Positions 57,495-64,000 of a DNA stretch of 64,000 nucleotides are shown here, piece after piece; position 1 is the first letter of the stretch; the number at the start of each line of letters is the position of its first letter. The notes beneath the pieces were generated by a model. It was not told the origin of the DNA. It did no database searches and worked only from the letters and a program-made list of their open reading frames with translations. A program made the translations under genes and the position numbers. This DNA comes from an uncultured Clostridia bacterium (GTDB lineage: Bacteria > Bacillota > Clostridia > Christensenellales > UBA3700), in NCBI GenBank assembly GCA_946615965.1, contig CAMOIC010000002.1, forward strand, positions 860 to 64,859, given 5' to 3'.

Positions 57495-59888
57495 TTATGT
57501 TCTAGAATAGTAGATAAAGTTTAATATATTCATTATCTTTAATCTGTATGTTAATCTAAACCATTTTCTCTTAAAGTTCTCTCCTTTGAACTCAATATTA
57601 TTAGCACATGTTAGTTTTATAGAATCTGCATCTTTTACCTTAATAAACTTCTTTTCACCCTTAGATAATGAGAAGTAGTTCTCTTCTAATATCTCATTAG
57701 AATCAACAAAGATATTAAATGCGAAGTTATCTACACTAATTTCTACACCGCCTTCTACTTTCTCAACATTGAAGTTAACCTTCTTTAAAGGTAATTTAAG
57801 AGGTTTATTGAAGATCTCATATAAAGTTTCATTATTGAATGAAATTTCCAAATATGAGTCTAATTTAACTTTTAAATCTGCTAATTTAGCAAAAGAATTA
57901 GCCTCCAAGTTGCAAACATAGTTATATGTGTTTAATACTTTACTATTAGCAATTGAGATTTCCTTAACAACAACTTTTAAGCCAACTTTCTTTAGTGTGT
58001 CGTTATGAGCATAGATATGAGCTATTCCATTTTCCTTTTTACATGAAACTGTAACAGGAGCAAAGAATTCTTTAGCTTTGTATTGTAATGCCTTTGGTAC
58101 TTTCTCAAAATCTACAGAAGACCAGCTTGGGCAATTCCATACATCATTGTATTGCCAATAGATTGCACCATTGCATCTTCCTTTATTTTGTCTAAAGTGA
58201 ACAGTAGCATTCTTAATACATTCAGCTTGTACAATACCTGTTAGATATGGTAAATCTTCAAAATGTTTTGGGAAATCAAACATTTCTGTTAAATAGAAAA
58301 GCATCTTTTCATTACCACCAATACACTTTTGATGCGCATTAAATGAAGCAGATGTAATGTCTAATTCATCTCCACTAGCAAATGTAGATATAGCTTTCAT
58401 TGATGGTAAAGACTCAAGACCAAATTCAGATAAGAATCTTGAATATCTTGTTTGATAATAATCTAACTTCTTTAAACCATGCCATACGTTCCACATATGC
58501 ATATCGCCATCGCCATCTGAATTAATGTTTGTAAAGCAAGCAGTACCAAGTGGTGATGATGGAATATAAGATACATCAGTAATATCTTTTATTGCATCAG
58601 GAACTACGTTATAGAAGAACATTTCATAAGCCTTCATTAACTTATTAGTTTTTGGCATCCATGAATACATAGTTTCAATTTCGTTATTGCCGCAGAATAA
58701 AGCCATTGATGGGTGCATACTTTGTCTTACAACATTGTACTTAATTTCTTCTACAACATTATCTAATAAATCCTTTTCATAGAAAGGATATAATTGACAT
58801 GCAAAACAGAAGTCTTGCCAGATTAAAATACCCTTCTTATCACATTCTGACATTAAGTATTCATCAGCATAAGAAGCGCCACCCCAAATTCTTAAAATAT
58901 TAAAGTTAGACTTTAAAGCTAAATCAATATAATAATCTACATCTTCCTTAGTAGCATCTTCATAAATAGCAGCAAATGGAATAACGTTAGCACCTTTTGC
59001 AAATATCTTTTCGCCATTTAATGTAATACAGAAGTTTGTACCATATTCATCTTTTTCTTGATTTAAATAACAAGATCTTAAACCAATATACTTAACAACT
59101 TCTTCTTCGTCATTCTTAATTACAACATTATATAAAGGTTGTCTATCCTTGCCACTTAATTCTTTTGTATACCAAAGTTCTGGGTTCTTAACTTCAAACA
59201 CACCATTAATACCCTTAATTTCCTCTCCCTTTGGAGATTCCATAGTGATTTCTTTAGCACCATCAGCCTTAATAGCAACAACTGCCATTTCCTTTTTAGT
59301 GTCTTGCTTTATATCTATATTTGTGATTTCAGTATTAATTGCCTTTAGATAAATATCATCTAAGATACCTGAATATGGAACACATGGACCCCAGTCCCAG
59401 CCAAAATGACAACCTGGCTTTCTAATATATGGAATACCATTAACCCCGTTAAAGTTATTTGGTAAAGCATTCTCTTGTTGTCTTTTAACGATGTAGTTGT
59501 ATGGTGATTTGAACTTGAATTCAACTAGGTTTTCACCTTCTACAAGTTCATTCTTTACATCCACATTAAGAGGAATGTATGAATTGTTAAGTGAAGCTAC
59601 TTGCTTATTATTTAAATAAACATCACAAAGAGTATCTACCTTTTCACATTTTAGATAAACATGCTCTTTTTCTAATACTTCTTTCTTAACATCGAATTTT
59701 CTTGAGAATGTATAATCTTTTTTAGCAATTTCAATTCCTTCTTCCTCTTTACCAGAAATCAAAGGATTCTTTACTAAATTTTGTTTAATTAAATTACCAA
59801 CATCACTACCAGGAATATCTGCGACTAAATTATAAACTCCGTCGTTAGATACTAAATTCCATTTTCCATTTAAATCTACTTTTATCAT
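57495..59888 (-). CDS. Glycoside hydrolase family 2, beta-mannosidase-like
   Basis: 797 aa. HFGWDWGP, acid/base region FCGNNEIE, nucleophile region LSEFGLESLP. Confidence 0.8.
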   Translation of the reverse strand: MIKVDLNGKWNLVSNDGVYNLVADIPGSDVGNLIKQNLVKNPLISGKEEEGIEIAKKDYTFSRKFDVKKEVLEKEHVYLKCEKVDTLCDVYLNNKQVASLNNSYIPLNVDVKNELVEGENLVEFKFKSPYNYIVKRQQENALPNNFNGVNGIPYIRKPGCHFGWDWGPCVPYSGILDDIYLKAINTEITNIDIKQDTKKEMAVVAIKADGAKEITMESPKGEEIKGINGVFEVKNPELWYTKELSGKDRQPLYNVVIKNDEEEVVKYIGLRSCYLNQEKDEYGTNFCITLNGEKIFAKGANVIPFAAIYEDATKEDVDYYIDLALKSNFNILRIWGGASYADEYLMSECDKKGILIWQDFCFACQLYPFYEKDLLDNVVEEIKYNVVRQSMHPSMALFCGNNEIETMYSWMPKTNKLMKAYEMFFYNVVPDAIKDITDVSYIPSSPLGTACFTNINSDGDGDMHMWNVWHGLKKLDYYQTRYSRFLSEFGLESLPSMKAISTFASGDELDITSASFNAHQKCIGGNEKMLFYLTEMFDFPKHFEDLPYLTGIVQAECIKNATVHFRQNKGRCNGAIYWQYNDVWNCPSWSSVDFEKVPKALQYKAKEFFAPVTVSCKKENGIAHIYAHNDTLKKVGLKVVVKEISIANSKVLNTYNYVCNLEANSFAKLADLKVKLDSYLEISFNNETLYEIFNKPLKLPLKKVNFNVEKVEGGVEISVDNFAFNIFVDSNEILEENYFSLSKGEKKFIKVKDADSIKLTCANNIEFKGENFKRKWFRLTYRLKIMNILNFIYYSRT

Positions 59889-59935
59889 ATTTACCCTTTA
59901 TATTTTTTTATTTAGCGTCAAGCCGCTATTAGTTT

Positions 59936-60496
59936 CTATTTAATTTCTCTTCCTATCTTAAATGCATCAGCAACAATATTGCCAAGCTTTATATATTTAT
60001 GATTAGAAGAATCATAAGTTATGATACCTACTTTTTCAACATCAATTTTTCCATCTTCTTTAACGTACATATCATCAACATTAATATTTACAATATCAGC
60101 AACTAAATGACATGTTTCTTCATCATATGCAACCAACTTGCATTCAATTGCTATAGGTAACTCATTTATAATTGGTGCATTTACTTTATCTGCTTTTGAA
60201 CTTGTTAACCCCGATTTTTCGAACTTGTCTTTAACTTTGTTGCCAGAAACAAGACCCAAATAATCACATGCTTTAACTGCAGATTCTGTACCAAAAGAGA
60301 CTGTAAATTCTTTAGTTCTTAAAATATTCTTTGTTGTCTTGTGATCATCAGATAAACACATACCTATTCTATTATCTGTTTCTATTCCGCCCCATGCTGC
60401 ATTCATTACATCAACTGAGCCATCTTCGTTGTATGTAGCAATCATTAAGACTGGCATTGGATACATCATTGTTTTTGCGCCTAAACTCTTTCTCAT
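59936..60496 (-). CDS. Flavin reductase-like (FMN-binding split-barrel) protein
   Basis: MYPMPVLMIATYNEDGSVDVMNAAWGG is typical of the family. 186 aa. Confidence 0.75.
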   Translation of the reverse strand: MRKSLGAKTMMYPMPVLMIATYNEDGSVDVMNAAWGGIETDNRIGMCLSDDHKTTKNILRTKEFTVSFGTESAVKACDYLGLVSGNKVKDKFEKSGLTSSKADKVNAPIINELPIAIECKLVAYDEETCHLVADIVNINVDDMYVKEDGKIDVEKVGIITYDSSNHKYIKLGNIVADAFKIGREIK

Positions 60497-60503
60497 AAAC
60501 CAC

Positions 60504-62966
60504 CTATATTAAATTGTGAGAAGCTATCATATATATAATTGCTTCGTATTTATCTTTAGATACCTTCTTCAAGATATTCTTTCCTTTTGCTGTTCTATTT
60601 TCAATATCTACATCTTCAGTATTTACAGCAACCATATCGCCATCTGCAAAATAGATAGCAAAATCATATGGGTTCTTTACAACAGATACATATGCTATAT
60701 CTTTTGGCTTCTTAACATCGCATAAAGCAACGCCCTTGCCATATCTATTCTTTGGATCAATTGTAGATAGAATTACACGCTTAGCAAAGCCTGATGCCAT
60801 TACAACAACAATTTCACCTTCTTGGTTATTTTGTGTTACATATCTTACGCTGTCTTTTTCATCAACAAGTTTAACGCCCTTAACACCAGATGCTCTTCTT
60901 CCTTGTTCTGGAACATCGGCAAATGCATTTAGAACATTACCCATTTCTGTTACGAATAAGATGTATTCACAAGATTCATCTACTATTTGAACTGAGATTA
61001 CTTCATCATCTTCATCCTTTAGAACGATTCCTGGATATGTTGTCTTTTTCTCCATTGGATATTCTGAAGATTGAGACTTCTTAATCATGCCATCTTTTGT
61101 TGCAATATAGATAGACTTACCAGCAAGTTGCTTTTCAGTCATAATCTCAACAATCGAATCATCAGAATCAACTTTACCTAGTTTGTTGATTTGAGTTCCC
61201 TTACTCTTCCATTTATCATCTAAAACTTGAGATGGAGTAAATACAACACATTGTCCTTTCTTTGTAAATGCAATAATATTTGTATCGCCATCAACAAACA
61301 AAGCTGTCTTTACAAGTTCATTTGCTGTACAGTTAACTATATTCTTTGATGCAGCTTTATAAATCTTGTCATTAACAAATCTCAAGGCTCCATTATTGCC
61401 AAGAAGTAGATATCCTGTAACCTTTACAGCTTCTACAACTTCTTCAGCCTTAATAATGTTTTCGTGAACTTCTGGATCTACAATCTTTGTTACGCGAGGT
61501 GTAGCATATTTCTTCTTAACTTCAAGAAGCTCTTTCTTAATGATTGTATATTGTCTTCTCTTAGAAGCAAGTATTCCTTCCAAATCTTCGATTTGTGCTT
61601 TTAAGGCTGCAAGTTCATCTTGCATCTTCTTAACATCAAGTCTATTTAATCTCTTTAAAGGAATATCTAAAACAGCAGTTGCTTGTTTATCTGTTAATTC
61701 AAATTCTGTTATTAATTTTTGTTTTGATTCATCATATGATGGAGATTCTAAAACAATATCTACAACACGTCTAATGTTATTAACAGCGATTAATAAGCCT
61801 TCTAAGATATGAGCTCTATTTGAAGCAGCTGTTAATTCATATTGGCTTCTTCTATAGATTACTTGTCTTTGGAATTCTACATACTCTTCAATGTATTTTA
61901 ATAAACTCAATTGTTCTGGCTTACCATTTGCAATAGCAACCATATTAACATTGAATGCACACTCTAGAGCTGTTGATTTATATAGACCGGCTAAGATTCT
62001 CTTAGCATTGCCACCCTTTCTAACTTTAATAACGCATCTGATACCATTTCTGTTAGATTCATCATTGATATCTTGGATATCTCCATATAAATCTTTCTTA
62101 CTTTCACGTAAATCATTGATACGTCTTAACAAGTCTGCCTTGTTAACTTGGAATGGGATTTCAGTAATAACGATATTTTCTTTATCTCCATCCTTTTCGA
62201 TATTAACAACGGCACGCATAATAACCTTGCCTTTACCTGTTTCATACGCTTCTTTAATTCCATCGCCCTTAATGATTAAACCACCTGTTGGGAAATCAGG
62301 AGCTGGAATATATTTCATCATTTCATCAAGAGTTATCTTTTGATTTTCAATATACGCGCATACACCATCAATTACTTCGCCTAAGTTATGTGTTGGAATA
62401 TTTGTAGACATACCAACCGCAATACCCATAGCACCATTAACAAGTAAATTTGGGAATTTACCAGGCAATAAATCTGGCTCTTCTAATGTATCGTCGAAGT
62501 TTAGTACCATAGGTACTGTTTCTTTATCTAAGTCTTTTAAAAGCTCTGTTGCAAGTGGAGCAAGCTTTGCTTCTGTATAACGCATAGCGGCAGCACTATC
62601 TCCATCTACAGAACCATAGTTACCTTGTCCTGAAATCAATGGCATTCTTACATTGAATGGTTGAGCAAGTCTAACCATTGCATCATAAACTGATGAATCA
62701 CCATGTGGATGATATTTGCCTAAGCAATCTCCAACAACTCTTGCACTCTTAACAAATGGCTTATCTGGAGTAATGCCAAGCATATACATTGTGTATAAGA
62801 TTCTACGTTGAACTGGCTTTAGACCATCCTCAATTCTTGGAATGGCTCTTTCCATGATTACGTGTTCTGAATAAGGAATCATGGAACTATGAAGTACTTG
62901 TTCAACAGTACATTCTAATAATTTAGAAGTATCTACTACTTGTTCTTCTACTTTTCTCTTTGCCAT
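60504..62966 (-). CDS. parC: Type IIA topoisomerase subunit A, most likely topoisomerase IV ParC
   Basis: [41 protein letters not shown] (catalytic Tyr). I found no GyrA-box (QxRGGxG) at the start of the C-terminal domain, which favours ParC over GyrA. Confidence 0.6.
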   Translation of the reverse strand: MAKRKVEEQVVDTSKLLECTVEQVLHSSMIPYSEHVIMERAIPRIEDGLKPVQRRILYTMYMLGITPDKPFVKSARVVGDCLGKYHPHGDSSVYDAMVRLAQPFNVRMPLISGQGNYGSVDGDSAAAMRYTEAKLAPLATELLKDLDKETVPMVLNFDDTLEEPDLLPGKFPNLLVNGAMGIAVGMSTNIPTHNLGEVIDGVCAYIENQKITLDEMMKYIPAPDFPTGGLIIKGDGIKEAYETGKGKVIMRAVVNIEKDGDKENIVITEIPFQVNKADLLRRINDLRESKKDLYGDIQDINDESNRNGIRCVIKVRKGGNAKRILAGLYKSTALECAFNVNMVAIANGKPEQLSLLKYIEEYVEFQRQVIYRRSQYELTAASNRAHILEGLLIAVNNIRRVVDIVLESPSYDESKQKLITEFELTDKQATAVLDIPLKRLNRLDVKKMQDELAALKAQIEDLEGILASKRRQYTIIKKELLEVKKKYATPRVTKIVDPEVHENIIKAEEVVEAVKVTGYLLLGNNGALRFVNDKIYKAASKNIVNCTANELVKTALFVDGDTNIIAFTKKGQCVVFTPSQVLDDKWKSKGTQINKLGKVDSDDSIVEIMTEKQLAGKSIYIATKDGMIKKSQSSEYPMEKKTTYPGIVLKDEDDEVISVQIVDESCEYILFVTEMGNVLNAFADVPEQGRRASGVKGVKLVDEKDSVRYVTQNNQEGEIVVVMASGFAKRVILSTIDPKNRYGKGVALCDVKKPKDIAYVSVVKNPYDFAIYFADGDMVAVNTEDVDIENRTAKGKNILKKVSKDKYEAIIYMIASHNLI

Positions 62967-62968
62967 AA

Positions 62969-64000
62969 CTACCCTTTATTCCCCAAAATATTTTTGAAAT
63001 CATCTTGCTTATTGAAATTAGCATATTCGTAAATATACTCTTTTCTTGGACCAACATCATCACCCATTAGAGTTGTAATCAAGTGATCTGCTTCAGCCGC
63101 ATCTTCAATTGTTACTTTTGTTAAGCAACGCTTTGCAGGATTCATTGTTGTTTCCCAAAGTTGTTCAGGATTCATTTCACCTAAACCTTTGTATCTGTTT
63201 AATGTATATCCCTTTGCTGCTGTTGCTAACATTTCTTTTAGTTCAACATCATCATATGCATATCTAATGCCATTTCTGTCTGTAATTCTATATAGAGGTG
63301 GCATACCAATATAAACGTGACCATTAGTAATTAATTCCTTCATATGTCTAAAGAAGAATGTAAGAAGGATTGATCTAATATGACCACCATCTTGGTCGGC
63401 ATCGGCTAAGATGATAATCTTATGGAATTTTAAATTTGAGATATTGAAATCTTTATCAAATGAAGTTCCTAGTGCGTTTATCAAAGATAATAATTCGTCA
63501 TTCTTAACGATATCAGCAACTCTCTTCTTTTCTGTGTTTAGTGGCTTACCTTTTAAAGGTAAGATAGCTTGAGTCTTTGGATCTCTACCCATCTTTGCAG
63601 AACCACCGGCTGAATCACCTTCTACTATAAATAACTCATTAAGCTCTGGCTTCTTTCCTGAGCATCCAGATAATTTACCAATTAAAGATGAAGAATTATT
63701 CTTAATAGCTCTTGCTATATTCTTAGCTTCTGCTGATTTTGTTCTTGCCTTCATAGCAAGTGCAGCTTTAGCAAATATAGCATCAATAACTTCTTTCTTT
63801 GCTTTATTGTTTAGATAATCTTTTATAGCATCTGTTAATAATCCTTCAACTAATGTTCTTGCTTCTGGATTACCAAGCTTTGTTTTTGTTTGTCCTTCAA
63901 ATTGAACGTTTTGCATTTTAACAGATAAAACAGCTGTTAAACCTTCTCTAAAGTCTTCACCGATATAATTCTCTTGCTTGTCCTTAATGATATTCTTTTG
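62969..64000 (-). CDS. parE: Type IIA topoisomerase subunit B (ParE-like), N-terminus off the right window edge
   Basis: The frame stays open to the window end (...[19 protein letters not shown]). Toprim EGDSAGG and [19 protein letters not shown]. Confidence 0.6.
   Translation of the reverse strand, partial: QKNIIKDKQENYIGEDFREGLTAVLSVKMQNVQFEGQTKTKLGNPEARTLVEGLLTDAIKDYLNNKAKKEVIDAIFAKAALAMKARTKSAEAKNIARAIKNNSSSLIGKLSGCSGKKPELNELFIVEGDSAGGSAKMGRDPKTQAILPLKGKPLNTEKKRVADIVKNDELLSLINALGTSFDKDFNISNLKFHKIIILADADQDGGHIRSILLTFFFRHMKELITNGHVYIGMPPLYRITDRNGIRYAYDDVELKEMLATAAKGYTLNRYKGLGEMNPEQLWETTMNPAKRCLTKVTIEDAAEADHLITTLMGDDVGPRKEYIYEYANFNKQDDFKNILGNKG

Noticed and set aside
60504-64000. Calling the topoisomerase pair DNA gyrase (gyrB-gyrA)
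   Set aside because: The A subunit has PVQRRIL rather than the PVHRRIL common in GyrA, and I found no GyrA-box (QxRGGxG) at the start of the C-terminal domain. ParE-ParC is therefore favoured. A phylogeny is needed, so confidence is kept moderate.

Overview
Low-GC, Bacillota-type bacterial chromosome segment. It carries about 55 genes, almost all on the minus strand, plus three structured RNAs. I saw no IS element, prophage, CRISPR array or rRNA. Most of the window is ordinary housekeeping. Left third: argB(partial)-argJ-argC, RNase P RNA, nrdR, a very reduced division cluster (mraZ-rsmH-[Q/N/Y-rich membrane protein]-ftsQ-ftsA-ftsZ), engB, clpX-clpP and tig. Middle: rqcH, rluD-lspA-sepF-ylmE, tRNA-Gln, large Bacillus-type SRP RNA, comEB-like dCMP deaminase, groES-groEL with a CIRCE operator, pncB, lgt, and divergent galK/galT. 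Right third: carA-carB behind a PyrR-type leader, dnaX-ybaB-recR, a GPH sugar symporter, nnr, recX, single-chain purL, a GH2 beta-mannosidase, a flavin reductase, and parE(partial)-parC-like type IIA topoisomerase genes. The stand-out is a tightly packed seven-gene minus-strand operon at about 4.7-12.2 kb. It sits between a terminator downstream of ftsZ and nrdR, and has its own consensus-like promoter. Its products are, in order: an SPFH/YdjI-like Zn-ribbon protein; three consecutive helical proteins that all begin MG[LF][FL], two of which look like Snf7/CHMP-type ESCRT-III proteins; a MIT-domain AAA+ ATPase that looks like Vps4; a BrxL-like AAA+ protein lacking the Lon protease domain; and a Zn-ribbon/TIR protein with four 58-aa repeats and a polybasic-aromatic tail. 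A Vps4+ESCRT-III pairing is characteristic of archaea and eukaryotes. Finding it in a bacterium, fused in one operon to two defence-island hallmarks (BrxL-like, TIR), makes this the best candidate for an undescribed system, either membrane-remodelling-based defence or a division/repair module. Secondary observations are two clusters of perfect DnaA boxes away from any dnaA, a KAP-family NTPase islet next to tRNA-Gln, Q/P/N/Y-rich disordered regions in three division proteins, an intergenic region with a repeated ATCAAGAAT motif, and a probable leaderless rqcH. All family assignments come from reading the translations by eye. No database search, alignment or composition calculation could be run.
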